Assembly (NCBI GenBank): GCA_037129855.1
Contig: JBAXUC010000001.1
Span: 1 to 44,213 of the forward strand
Length of the DNA: 44,213 bases
Source: Actinomycetota bacterium
GTDB taxonomy: Bacteria; Actinomycetota; Acidimicrobiia; Acidimicrobiales; Ilumatobacteraceae
Direction of reading: 5' to 3'
The position numbers and the translations under genes are program-made. Position 1 is the first letter of the stretch, and the number at the start of each line of letters is the position of its first letter. Of the stretch, positions 26,542-36,227 are shown one piece after another. Below the pieces are notes generated by a model. That model was given only the letters and a program-made list of their open reading frames with translations. It searched no databases and was not told where the DNA came from.

Positions 26542-27492
26542 ATGAACGCGGTCTTTGCTCATGTACCAGTGATGCTGGAGCAGATTACCGATGTCTTTTC
26601 CGACATGAATGATGGCGTCTTTCTCGATGCAACTCTTGGCGGTGCTGGACACAGCACGGCAATCTTGACCGCACACCCCAGAGTCTCATTGCTGGGAATT
26701 GACCAAGACGATATGGCTCTTGAATCAGCTGAACAAGTTCTTGCAGCCGCTGGTTGTAGTGGACGCGTTGCCCTCCGGCGCGCCCGCTTCGATGCAGCGG
26801 CGCTAATCGCGGCGAAAGAGGGCATCAGCGCGTTGTCTGGTGCTCTCTTCGACCTCGGTGTCTCGTCTCCACAATTCGATGTTGCTGAGCGCGGATTTTC
26901 ATATCGATTTGATGCGCCGCTCGATATGCGAATGGACCGCTCTCAAACGTTGAGTGCAGATGTGATTGTAAATACATACGACGAAGATGCATTAACGAGC
27001 ATGTTGCGTCGAAACGCAGACGAGCGTCACGCGTACCGTATTGCGAAGGCGATCATCGCTGCGCGTCCGATTCACTCCACTGTGCGACTGTCAGAAGTTG
27101 TGAGTTCAGCAATCCCTGCGCCGGCACGTCGTCGCGGTGGACATCCGGCGAAACGGTCTTTTCAGGCCATCCGCATTGAAGTAAATGCAGAGCTTGAAAT
27201 TCTTCCAGGCGCTTTGCGGAATGTCATTTCGCTGTTGGCTCCTGGCGCACGATTGGCAGTTCTTTCGTATCACTCTGGTGAAGATCGGATTGTCAAGTCT
27301 GTGATGAGATCAGCAGAGACGGGCGATTGTGATTGCCCACCAAATCTTCCATGTGGATGCGGTGCTGTGCGGTCAGTTGTTCGTGTCCGTGCACCTCGTG
27401 ATGCAAGTAGAGCAGAGCTGGCGCTGAACCCGAGGTCATCTTCGGCGCGTTTGCGTGTCGTTGAGAAAATCGCTATCGAGAGTCAGAACTAA
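26542..27492 (+). CDS. rsmH: 16S rRNA (cytosine1402-N4)-methyltransferase
   Basis: From the ATG at 26542: MNAVFAHVPVMLEQI...DATLGGAGHS, FDLGVSS.Q.D...RGFSY, SYHSGEDRIVK. The track start 26353 adds 63 non-homologous codons across the structured spacer. Confidence 0.9.
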   Translation: MNAVFAHVPVMLEQITDVFSDMNDGVFLDATLGGAGHSTAILTAHPRVSLLGIDQDDMALESAEQVLAAAGCSGRVALRRARFDAAALIAAKEGISALSGALFDLGVSSPQFDVAERGFSYRFDAPLDMRMDRSQTLSADVIVNTYDEDALTSMLRRNADERHAYRIAKAIIAARPIHSTVRLSEVVSSAIPAPARRRGGHPAKRSFQAIRIEVNAELEILPGALRNVISLLAPGARLAVLSYHSGEDRIVKSVMRSAETGDCDCPPNLPCGCGAVRSVVRVRAPRDASRAELALNPRSSSARLRVVEKIAIESQN

Positions 27493-27494
27493 TC

Positions 27495-27962
27495 ATGGCT
27501 GTCGCTGTTAAATTTCCTGCTGGTTTGGCGCCACGTGAGGATCGAGATATTCGACCTAAGTTGGTCTTGGTTCCTCAAACCGAACGACGGTATGTCCGAG
27601 TATTCACTGTGATGGCTCTCGTTGTAACGGTGATGTTCTGCATCGTCTCGCTACGTGCACATATGGCTCAACAAGAGATGCGCCTAGACAAATTGAACTA
27701 TGACATCACCCGAGCACGGGCCCATTTCGAAACCTTGCGCGCTGAACGTGCAAATCTTCAGTCACCAGGTCAATTAATGAATCAGGCAAGTCTGATGGGT
27801 CTCGTTCCGAGTCTTGGTATTCACATGGTGGGAATACCAGCAGCCGTAGCGGCCGAAGTTGCTGCAACGGTCGGCAAAGTAGATTCCGACGTAGTTGCTC
27901 ATACTGAATCACCGCTTGATGAATTCGGCCGCATGAAAGCCGCAGTGGTTGGATCACCATGA
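27495..27962 (+). CDS. ftsL: Cell division protein FtsL-like (single-TM, coiled-coil)
   Basis: 155 aa in the canonical position between rsmH and ftsI. A single TM segment (VFTVMALVVTVMFCIVSL) is followed by a coiled-coil-like segment (QQEMRLDKLNYDITRARAHFETLRAERANL). Confidence 0.7.
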   Translation: MAVAVKFPAGLAPREDRDIRPKLVLVPQTERRYVRVFTVMALVVTVMFCIVSLRAHMAQQEMRLDKLNYDITRARAHFETLRAERANLQSPGQLMNQASLMGLVPSLGIHMVGIPAAVAAEVAATVGKVDSDVVAHTESPLDEFGRMKAAVVGSP

Positions 27963-30037
27963 GTGGGTCAGAAGGTTCACATCGCGGAACTCGCTCACAT
28001 GGAACGTCGTCATCGTCTCGTTCTGTTACGTCTCGTTCTGCAACCTCTCGCTTAACTACCTCTCGCGCGTCGAGTAAGAGCGGCACATCGTCTGGTCGTT
28101 CACGTTCGACGACTCGTCCGCCAGTAGCTAAGAAGCCAAGTCGGCCACCAGAGCGCGGTTCCGTAACAACCCGAAGGCAAGCACCGACTACTTCGCCCTT
28201 TGAATCTCTCATGGCATCGGTGTGGCATTGGACCAAGATGAGTTTCACAGGGGAAGTGCCAGCGGCTTTGCGATCAAGCAAGATTCCATCGTCAGAAGCG
28301 CACCATCGTGTCAAAAGTCGTTTGCAGAAAACAGTGGTGTTCTTTGTAGTTGCCTTGACATTGTTGCTTGGTCGAGTAGTCATGTTGCAAACAATTCAAC
28401 GTCACACCTACTTTGCAGCAAGCGTTGATCAGCGCACCAGGGTAAATATTCTGCGTGCTGCTCGTGGAGTTATTTTCGATCGCAACGGGAATGAATTGGC
28501 ACTGTCAGTCCCGAGTACAACGGTGTACGCCGACCCTCGTTCCATGACTGATGTTCCCGCTGTTGCGCATGCCTTGTCTGTTGCTTTGGCGTATACGCCA
28601 GAACAAGAAAGTCGACTGCTCGCTGCTCTTAGCGCTCCAGGTTCGAAATTCAGTTACATCGCGAGAGGCTTGAGTAAAGAAAATGCTCAAACTCTGCTTG
28701 GTCTCGGACTTCCTGGTGTGTATTCGTATACAGAACCATCCCGACAAGTAGAAGGTGGAGTAGCGGGTGCAGTGATTGGTCGAACAGATCCTGATGGACT
28801 GGGAACATCTGGCCTTGAAAAACAATTCAACAAGATTCTTACGGGAGTTGATGGCAAAGGTATTCGTGAAGTTGACAAGAATGGACGTTCAATTGCCGGA
28901 GTGCAGAGCACAACAGCTGCTCCAGTTCCCGGTGATGACATTGTTCTGACTCTTGACAAGAACATTCAATTTCAAACAGACACTGCTCTCCTTGACCGAG
29001 TTGGTCAACTCGGTGCCAAAGGCGGCACCGCAATTGTGATGAATACAACAACGGGACAGGTGTATGCCATGTCGAATGTGCGTCGAAATACTGCAGGTTC
29101 TGCAGTCCTTGCATCAGGAAACTTTGCCGCTGTGGAGGCGTATGAGCCTGGATCTGTGGCGAAAGTATTCTCGGTCAGTGCAGCATTGAATGAAGGAGCT
29201 GTGACTCCAGAAACTGTCTTTAAGGTTCCGGGCGCAATTGTCGTTGACAAATATCCCATTCGTGATGCATGGCCGCACGGACCAATGGACATGAACGTAC
29301 GAACCATTATTAGTGAGAGTTCAAATATTGGAACCCTCATGACCGCGCAAACAATTAGTACGGAAAAATTACACGATTACTTGTCTTCGTTTGGATTTGG
29401 TCAGAAAACGGGACTGGATTATCCAGGTGAAAGTCGTGGAACCCTGCGAAATGCAAACAAGTGGCGAGGCACGGAGAAGGTAACTGTGTCGTACGGTTAT
29501 GGAATGGCAGCAACTCCACTTCAGTTGATCGCAGGTGTGAATACCGTTGCGAACAAGGGCACCTATGTTGCTCCGCAACTGGTGAGTGCAACAATTGATA
29601 AAACCGGAAAGCGTCATCCTGTGGCTGAATCCGCCACTCGATCCGTTCTCAAACCTGAGATTGCTGCAACGATGACTGACATGTTGCGTGAAGTGATATG
29701 TACAGGAACCGGAGAACTCGCTCAGGTAAAGGGCATGGAGATTGCTGGTAAAACTGGTACCGGCTACAAAGTGCAGGCGAACGGCACGTATTCAACTGAT
29801 ACCGGTGGGCGAAAGTATTTTGCCTCATTCGTCGGATTTTTTCCAGCCGCTAATCCTCAAGTGACGATACTGATCAGTATTGATGAACCCGATGCATCGT
29901 CACGTGACCGTTTCGGTGGTACGGCCGCCGCTCCAGTATTTGCTCGTTTGGTTCCCGGTGTAATGCACGAATTAGGTATTGAGGCAACTGGTTCAGGAAC
30001 TGGTTGCAAGGCGGGCGCCAAGTCTGTCGGACACTGA
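27959..30037 (+). CDS. ftsI: Peptidoglycan D,D-transpeptidase FtsI (class B PBP) with long S/T/R-rich cytoplasmic tail
   Basis: 692 aa. PBP dimerisation and transpeptidase domains carry SVAK (SxxK), SSN and KTGT motifs. ATGA overlap with ftsL. The TM segment begins near residue 125. Confidence 0.9.
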   Translation: MSGSEGSHRGTRSHGTSSSSRSVTSRSATSRLTTSRASSKSGTSSGRSRSTTRPPVAKKPSRPPERGSVTTRRQAPTTSPFESLMASVWHWTKMSFTGEVPAALRSSKIPSSEAHHRVKSRLQKTVVFFVVALTLLLGRVVMLQTIQRHTYFAASVDQRTRVNILRAARGVIFDRNGNELALSVPSTTVYADPRSMTDVPAVAHALSVALAYTPEQESRLLAALSAPGSKFSYIARGLSKENAQTLLGLGLPGVYSYTEPSRQVEGGVAGAVIGRTDPDGLGTSGLEKQFNKILTGVDGKGIREVDKNGRSIAGVQSTTAAPVPGDDIVLTLDKNIQFQTDTALLDRVGQLGAKGGTAIVMNTTTGQVYAMSNVRRNTAGSAVLASGNFAAVEAYEPGSVAKVFSVSAALNEGAVTPETVFKVPGAIVVDKYPIRDAWPHGPMDMNVRTIISESSNIGTLMTAQTISTEKLHDYLSSFGFGQKTGLDYPGESRGTLRNANKWRGTEKVTVSYGYGMAATPLQLIAGVNTVANKGTYVAPQLVSATIDKTGKRHPVAESATRSVLKPEIAATMTDMLREVICTGTGELAQVKGMEIAGKTGTGYKVQANGTYSTDTGGRKYFASFVGFFPAANPQVTILISIDEPDASSRDRFGGTAAAPVFARLVPGVMHELGIEATGSGTGCKAGAKSVGH
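28016..28075 (+). repeat. Imperfect 15-nt tandem repeat x4 inside ftsI (encodes SRxxT pentapeptide repeats)
   Basis: Units are tctcgttctgttacg / tctcgttctgcaacc / tctcgcttaactacc / tctcgcgcgtcgagt. In frame they read SRSVT SRSAT SRLTT SRASS. Confidence 0.7.
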
Positions 30038-30051
30038 TCGGATCATGAAAC

Positions 30052-31494
30052 ATGGCGCGCTATTCAGTTTCTCCGTTGACTGTCGACAGTCTTGTCATGC
30101 ATGCCGATATAGCGGCAACGATTGTTGGTAATAAGAACGTTGTCTTTTCTGGGATAACTCAGGATTCTCGCAATGTTGAACCTGGCGACATTCTGTGTTG
30201 CGTTCGGGGAGAGTTTTTCGATGGACATCAGTTCGTCAATGAAGCAATCTCGCGCGGAGCGGTTGCAGTGCTCGTCGACCATGTTGATGGATTACTTGAA
30301 TCATCTGTCGTCCAGGTCGTCGTGCCGGATGTTCGTGCGGTGCTTGGCCGAGTCGCCTCGGCTGCTTTTCGACACCCTGCATCTTCTTTGAAGATGATTG
30401 GGATCACAGGAACGAATGGCAAAACAACAACTGCGTCAATCCTTGGGTCGTTGTTAACGGCTCAAGGCGGCTCTGTGCACGTGATGGGAACATTGACGGG
30501 AGCGCGGACCACACCTGAATCAATAGATTTGCACGCTCAATTGCATTCGTGCGTGGACTCGGGAATCGATCATGTTGTGATGGAAGTGTCGTCGCATGCG
30601 TTGGAACACCACCGTGTGGATGGAATCGTTTTCGACGTCGCCATTTTTACGAACCTCGGACATGACCATCTTGATTTTCATGGCACTATTGAAAATTACT
30701 TTGCAGCAAAGAGGAGACTGTTCACCTCTGAACAAGCGAGAGTTGCTGTAGTTAATACAGATGACCCTTATGGACATCAGTTGCAAACGGAAGCTGTTAT
30801 TCCAACGTTGCCGTTTTCGTCGTCAAATGTAAGGAACGTTGAAGTGACAGCTTCCAAAGTTTCATTTACTTGGAAGAGCCTCGACATCCGTGTTCCAATT
30901 GGGGGCACATTCGCAGTCATGAATGCGCTTGCTGCAATAACCGCAGCCCATGAACTTGGTGTTTCTGATGAGCGCATTATTAGCGGATGCGCTCTGGTGC
31001 AGACCGTTCCGGGGCGATTCGAATCTGTTCCCAATGAGGCAGGCATCGACGTTGTGGTCGACTTCGCTCATACTCCTGAAGCGTTGCAGGGCTTATTGAC
31101 AAGTGCACGAGAAATTGCCCGCGAAGGATTAATAGTGGTCTTTGGATGCGGCGGAGACAGGGACCATGCAAAGCGGCCCCTGATGGGGGGCATCGCATCT
31201 CGCGGTGCGGATATTGTGATTATTACCTCTGATAATCCACGAAGCGAAGACCCTAAGCGCATAGTCGCCGAAGTCATGTCAGGCGTTGTGGTCAATCATG
31301 CATTGGTTAGTTCCATCGTGAATCGGGAAAAAGCAATTGAATCCGCCATCTTGGGTGCAAAGCGTGGTGACATGGTGGTTATCGCTGGCAAGGGTCATGA
31401 AACAACCCAGGAAATCAATGGCGTGATGACGCCTAGCAGCGATGTAGCAATTGCTGCCAAAACACTTCGAATACGAGAGGAGAAAACGAAATGA
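30052..31494 (+). CDS. murE: UDP-N-acetylmuramoyl-L-alanyl-D-glutamate--2,6-diaminopimelate ligase
   Basis: 480 aa. GITGTNGKTTT, DFAHTPEAL, GCGGDRDHAKRPLMG and the DNPR motif (meso-DAP type). Confidence 0.95.
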   Translation: MARYSVSPLTVDSLVMHADIAATIVGNKNVVFSGITQDSRNVEPGDILCCVRGEFFDGHQFVNEAISRGAVAVLVDHVDGLLESSVVQVVVPDVRAVLGRVASAAFRHPASSLKMIGITGTNGKTTTASILGSLLTAQGGSVHVMGTLTGARTTPESIDLHAQLHSCVDSGIDHVVMEVSSHALEHHRVDGIVFDVAIFTNLGHDHLDFHGTIENYFAAKRRLFTSEQARVAVVNTDDPYGHQLQTEAVIPTLPFSSSNVRNVEVTASKVSFTWKSLDIRVPIGGTFAVMNALAAITAAHELGVSDERIISGCALVQTVPGRFESVPNEAGIDVVVDFAHTPEALQGLLTSAREIAREGLIVVFGCGGDRDHAKRPLMGGIASRGADIVIITSDNPRSEDPKRIVAEVMSGVVVNHALVSSIVNREKAIESAILGAKRGDMVVIAGKGHETTQEINGVMTPSSDVAIAAKTLRIREEKTK

Positions 31495-32549
31495 TTGCAG
31501 TTCTTATCGCAGGAGCAGTGGCAATGGTGTTATCTCTCTTTGGTACACGCGCGTTGATTTCATTTTTCGATCGGATTGGGAAAGGTCAGCCAATTCTTGG
31601 TTCTGCTGACCATGGTCCCGTCCATCACATGAAAAAGCAAGGGACAGCCACGATGGGCGGAATAGCCATCATGGTGTCCGCATTCATTGGTTGGGCTGTT
31701 GCACATTTACGCGGCGGCATCGCTCTTTCTGACCAGGCAATGATTATGTGGGCCATCTGCGGAGTCTTGTCAGTTATTGGTTTCCTTGATGACTATTTAA
31801 AAGTACATCGTGCACAAAATCGTGGAATCTTTTGGAAGAAAAAGGGCTACATCACCTTTGGACTTGTCGTTGTGATGATGACGTGGCTACTTCTGGGTAC
31901 AGGTGTTAGCGAAACGTTGTCGTTTACGCGATTTGATTTCCCTGGATGGCAATTGTCTCCAGTTCTGTGGGTTGTATGGACATCGCTGATGGTGTGGGCA
32001 ACAACGAATGCTGTCAATGTGACTGATGGCCTCGACGGTCTGGCCGCTGGTTCTGCATTGTTCGGATTTCTTGCTTTTACGGTCATTGCATATTGGGCAT
32101 TTCGAAATCCCGATATTTATCATTTGGTCAACCCTCTTGACTTGGCAGTGTTTTCTGCAGCAATGGCAGGTGCGTGTGGAGGGTTCCTGTGGTGGAATGC
32201 GGCGCCAGCACGAATTTTTATGGGTGACGTTGGCGCTTTAGGAATTGGTGCAGCATTGGGCCTGTTGGCAGTGACCACCAATACACACATGTTGCTACCG
32301 CTTGTTTGTGCACTCAATGTGATGGAGGCTGGATCGGTTGCTTTGCAGATGGGCGTATTCAAAGCATCGGGTCGAAAGAAACGTTTGTTCCGCATGTCGC
32401 CAATTCATCATCATTTTGAACTTCTCGGGTGGCCTGAGACCACAGTCATCATTCGATTTTGGATTTTGTCTGGAATCTGTGTGGCTGTCGCAGTAGGAAT
32501 GTTTATTGCAGACTTCACACATATTGCCGATTCCTTTGCCGGGAGGTGA
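31491..32549 (+). CDS. mraY: Phospho-N-acetylmuramoyl-pentapeptide transferase
   Basis: 352 aa, polytopic. NAVNVTDGLDGLA, MGDVGALGIGA and PIHHHFE motifs. ATGA overlap with murE. Confidence 0.95.
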   Translation: MIAVLIAGAVAMVLSLFGTRALISFFDRIGKGQPILGSADHGPVHHMKKQGTATMGGIAIMVSAFIGWAVAHLRGGIALSDQAMIMWAICGVLSVIGFLDDYLKVHRAQNRGIFWKKKGYITFGLVVVMMTWLLLGTGVSETLSFTRFDFPGWQLSPVLWVVWTSLMVWATTNAVNVTDGLDGLAAGSALFGFLAFTVIAYWAFRNPDIYHLVNPLDLAVFSAAMAGACGGFLWWNAAPARIFMGDVGALGIGAALGLLAVTTNTHMLLPLVCALNVMEAGSVALQMGVFKASGRKKRLFRMSPIHHHFELLGWPETTVIIRFWILSGICVAVAVGMFIADFTHIADSFAGR

Positions 32550-32550
32550 C

Positions 32551-33897
32551 ATGAAACGGGTGGCGGTTTTTGGCCTGGCTCTTGCCGGTGCAGCGGCTGC
32601 GCGTGCCGTGGCAGCGCGAGGTATCGAAGTGGTTCTGTCCGATGATGCAATCGTGGATGAACATCGTCGTCTCGCCACTGAACTCGGTTGCACAATTGTC
32701 CCAGTGGTTACTCAGTCCGATCTTGTGGCATTTCTCGACGGGGTCGATGTTTTGATTCCTGCGCCTGGAGTAGCTCCGCATCACCGCGTGATCGTGGAAG
32801 CGCTTGTGCGTGACATTTCTGTACGTACTGAAATTGATATTGCTTATGAATGGGAACAACAGAGAAGTGGTGGACCACGGCCCATTCTCGGGGTAACGGG
32901 GACAGACGGTAAAACAACGACCACGATGATTACGGCGGCGTTGTTGCGAGACAGTGGGCGTTCGGTTGGTGAGGTGGGCAACACCGACCTTCCTTTTATG
33001 GCGGCTATCGATCAGCCGTTCGATGCATTCGTTGTCGAGTGTTCAAGTTTCCGATTGCAGTTCACAGACGCTTTTCGCTGTGATGCGTCTGTGTGGCTCA
33101 ATTTGGCTCCGGACCATCTTGATTGGCATGGTTCACTAGAAAACTACACAGAAGCTAAGCGTCGTTTGTGGGCACATTCTCAACCAAGTGATGTAGTTGT
33201 TGCGCCTGTCAACAATGAACTGATTCTTGAATCTGCTCGTTCCGTCGGATCACGCAGTGTCACCTTTGGTCTCAACTCTGGCGACTACACGGTGTCGGCC
33301 GGATTGTTGGTGTGTGCGCATGGAGTTATCTGTGCAGTGGATGAATTATGGCGGGCACTTCCACATGACATCACTAACTCGTTGGCAGCTGCAGCATTAG
33401 TGATTGAATCAGGGTTAAGTGCTGTGGGGGATGTAGCAGTACCACTGCACAATTTTGAATTAGCGCATCATCGCATTGAACTCGTTGGCCATTTCGATGG
33501 GTCAGCATGGTACGACGACTCGAAAGCAACGAGTCCTCATGCGGCGCTGACCGCAATTCGGTCGTTTGAAAACATTGTGTTGATAGCGGGCGGTCGCAAT
33601 AAGGATTTGGATCTGACACAGATGGCTACAGAGCCCAAACGAATGTCGGGTGTCGTGGCAATTGGTGAGGATGCTGAAGCCATTCGTCGAGCTTTTGAAG
33701 GTGTGTGTGTCGTGCGCGATGCCACGTCAATGGATGAAGCGGTTGTCCTTGCTCACGGCATGGCACACGGTGGTGCAACTGTTCTGTTGTCTCCAGGTTG
33801 CACGAGTTATGACTGGTACAACAACTACAACGAACGTGGTGACGACTTTCAAGACAAGGTGCGAAAGCACTTTAACCGAATAGAAACGAGTTCATAA
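32551..33897 (+). CDS. murD: UDP-N-acetylmuramoylalanine--D-glutamate ligase
   Basis: From the ATG at 32551, preceded by a GGGAGG SD. GVTGTDGKTTTT, LNLAPDHLDWHG and a Mur ligase C-terminal domain. Confidence 0.95.
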   Translation: MKRVAVFGLALAGAAAARAVAARGIEVVLSDDAIVDEHRRLATELGCTIVPVVTQSDLVAFLDGVDVLIPAPGVAPHHRVIVEALVRDISVRTEIDIAYEWEQQRSGGPRPILGVTGTDGKTTTTMITAALLRDSGRSVGEVGNTDLPFMAAIDQPFDAFVVECSSFRLQFTDAFRCDASVWLNLAPDHLDWHGSLENYTEAKRRLWAHSQPSDVVVAPVNNELILESARSVGSRSVTFGLNSGDYTVSAGLLVCAHGVICAVDELWRALPHDITNSLAAAALVIESGLSAVGDVAVPLHNFELAHHRIELVGHFDGSAWYDDSKATSPHAALTAIRSFENIVLIAGGRNKDLDLTQMATEPKRMSGVVAIGEDAEAIRRAFEGVCVVRDATSMDEAVVLAHGMAHGGATVLLSPGCTSYDWYNNYNERGDDFQDKVRKHFNRIETSS

Positions 33898-35093
33898 TGG
33901 TCACTGAAAAACGAACCGCGCCGACGCTCAAAGAACGCCGACTTGCGACTCTTCGTCGTACTGGAGTGGCTGACCGTCATCGTGTGGCTTTAGAGAAACC
34001 ATCTGCGGCCTTCTTCTGGATTCTGATCATCGTTATTTCGTTTGTCATGTTGGGTCTCGTCATGGTGTTGTCATCATCTTCCGTGACGAATTTACATTCA
34101 GGCAGTTCAGCTTGGGCAATGTTTGAACGTCAATTGGTATGGGCTGCATTGGGAGCAGTTGCAATGTGGGCAGCATATGCATTGCCCTATGAAACGTGGC
34201 GCAACACACTGCTTTTGCAGTCCGTAGTGGCATCGGTGGTGGGTTTGAATGTCATCGTGATTTTGAAGGGCGCGTTAGTACATGGCGCACGCGCATGGCT
34301 CGATATTGGTCCGTTTCGGATGCAGCCCTCAGAATTTATGAAAATCGCTGTGATTCTGTTCTGTGCAAACTTGTTGTCTCATCGACATCGTTCGGTCCAG
34401 ATCACCAGCATCGTGTTGTGGCCAATGATTGCTGCAATGGGAGTTAGTGCCGGTCTGTGCGCACTTCAGAAGGACTTTGGCGGAAGCCTGATCTTTGCTG
34501 GAGTCGTGCTAGTCATGATGTTTATTGCTGGTCTGCCAGCGCGACAGCTAGTTGCGACCACAGCGAGTGTTGGGGTTCTCGGAGTTTTCGTACTTAATTT
34601 TGCAAGCAACGCCAGCGCTCGAATGTTTGCGTTTATGCATCTTGATGCCACGAAGGAAGACAGCGGATATCAGGTGTATCAATCTTTATTGAGTATCGCT
34701 AATGGCGGCTGGTCGGGGACTGGAATCGGATCTGGCACGAGTAAATGGGGATACGTCCCACTTGCCTACAGCGACTTTATTTTTTCAGTGATTGCTGAAG
34801 AGATGGGAATTTTTGGCTCATTGATGGTCATCGGTGGATTCTTGGCCTTAGTGATTTTCGGATTACAGGTCGCTCTCTCAGCGCCTGACACCCACGGTGC
34901 CTTTATTGCGGGTGGTATTTCTGCATGGTTCGGAGTGCAGGCGTTAGTGAATGTGGGCGGAGTAGTTGGTGCACTTCCGATGACAGGGTTAACTCTGCCT
35001 TTCTTGTCGTACGGTGGCTCGTCTCTCATCGCTTCGATGGCTGCAGCAGGTTTATTGTTGAACGTTGCGCGAGACGTAAAGACTTCGCACTAA
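33897..35093 (+). CDS. ftsW: SEDS-family peptidoglycan glycosyltransferase FtsW
   Basis: 398 aa, about 10 TM segments. QPSEFMKI, SDFIFSVIAEEMG and LPFLSYGGSS motifs. TAATG overlap with murD. Confidence 0.9.
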   Translation: MVTEKRTAPTLKERRLATLRRTGVADRHRVALEKPSAAFFWILIIVISFVMLGLVMVLSSSSVTNLHSGSSAWAMFERQLVWAALGAVAMWAAYALPYETWRNTLLLQSVVASVVGLNVIVILKGALVHGARAWLDIGPFRMQPSEFMKIAVILFCANLLSHRHRSVQITSIVLWPMIAAMGVSAGLCALQKDFGGSLIFAGVVLVMMFIAGLPARQLVATTASVGVLGVFVLNFASNASARMFAFMHLDATKEDSGYQVYQSLLSIANGGWSGTGIGSGTSKWGYVPLAYSDFIFSVIAEEMGIFGSLMVIGGFLALVIFGLQVALSAPDTHGAFIAGGISAWFGVQALVNVGGVVGALPMTGLTLPFLSYGGSSLIASMAAAGLLLNVARDVKTSH

Positions 35094-35096
35094 ATC

Positions 35097-36227
35097 ATGG
35101 TGTACGCAGTAGTGACCGGTGGTGGAACAAGTGGCCATGTAATTCCGGCCATAGCCATTTGTGAGTTACTCGTTGAAGCTGGTCATCCTGTGTCTGACAT
35201 TCGCTACGTCGGTTCTCGAAGAGGTGTAGAGCAAGAGTTGATGCAGTTGACTCAGATCACTTCTGAGTATCTTCCCATTTCCGGTTTGCAGCGTTCATGG
35301 AACTTTCAGGGGATTTCTCGAAATGCCGTTCTCCCGTGGCGCTTGTTACGAAGCCGTGTGCTTGCTCGTGGTCTCATAAAATCATGGAGACCAAGTGTCG
35401 TCATCTCGGTTGGTGGATATGCAAGCGAACCAATGTCACGGGCGGCACTTGCAGCAGATGTGCCCTTGGTGTGTGTGAGTTACGACAGAGTTCCTGGATT
35501 GGCGACTCGTCATCAAGCAAAACATGCCGCAATTTCCGCAGTTGCGTTCGAGGGAAGCGACCTTCCTTGCTCGGTGTTAACAGGGGCGCCAGTTCGTAAA
35601 GAATTGCGTGGATTAGATATTTCTACGTCCCGTGAATCATCGCGTTCCTCGCTCGGTATTTCTCCGCACGCACGCATGGTGGTTGTCATGGGCGGGTCTT
35701 TAGGTTCTGGTGTATTGAATGCAATGGTTGCTGATTTATTGCGTTCACTAGCGGAAACTCAATCGGTGGTGTACCACATATGCGGTCAGCGCTTTGTGCG
35801 CGATCCCATGCCACATGTACCAGCGGGTGTGCAATACGTCCGTGTTGGCTATGAAGACCGAATGGCAGATGTCTATAGCGCATTAGATGTCTTGGTTTCA
35901 CGGGCAGGTGCTAGTTCGGTTGCGGAAATCGCCACAGTTGGTGTTGCTGCAGTTTTGGTTCCGTGGCCTGATGCAGCAGATGGTCACCAAGAGCTGAATG
36001 CCAGATGGTTAACAGACGCCGGAGCTGGAATTCTCATGGATGATGCCGCGTGTGTAGATGGACGGGCAGTGGCAGTGGTCACTCAATTGTTGGCAGATCG
36101 TGATCGAGTGTCAGCGATGGCTCGTACTGCCTATCAATTAGGAGCCCTACATCGAAGCTCTGCTTTAGTTGATGCAATCGAGGGGGCCGCACGTGCGCCT
36201 GTCGCGCGTGGAACAATGGACGACTGA
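35097..36227 (+). CDS. murG: UDP-N-acetylglucosamine--N-acetylmuramyl-(pentapeptide) pyrophosphoryl-undecaprenol N-acetylglucosamine transferase
   Basis: 376 aa. The N-terminal GGGTSGHVIPA motif and the GT28 C-terminal domain (SRAGASSVAEI) are present. Confidence 0.95.
   Translation: MVYAVVTGGGTSGHVIPAIAICELLVEAGHPVSDIRYVGSRRGVEQELMQLTQITSEYLPISGLQRSWNFQGISRNAVLPWRLLRSRVLARGLIKSWRPSVVISVGGYASEPMSRAALAADVPLVCVSYDRVPGLATRHQAKHAAISAVAFEGSDLPCSVLTGAPVRKELRGLDISTSRESSRSSLGISPHARMVVVMGGSLGSGVLNAMVADLLRSLAETQSVVYHICGQRFVRDPMPHVPAGVQYVRVGYEDRMADVYSALDVLVSRAGASSVAEIATVGVAAVLVPWPDAADGHQELNARWLTDAGAGILMDDAACVDGRAVAVVTQLLADRDRVSAMARTAYQLGALHRSSALVDAIEGAARAPVARGTMDD

Noticed and set aside
27706-28383. 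225-aa antisense ORF across the ftsL end and ftsI start
   Set aside because: It is the complement of the TCN/ACN/CGN-rich Ser/Thr/Arg tail, which produces stop-free antisense frames (RERDV-type repeats). It has no start context and no motifs.
30052-31494. MurE-MurF fusion as an explanation for the missing murF
   Set aside because: The protein is 480 aa with a single Mur ligase domain set and the MurE-specific DNPR motif. There is no second ATP-binding P-loop or extra domain.
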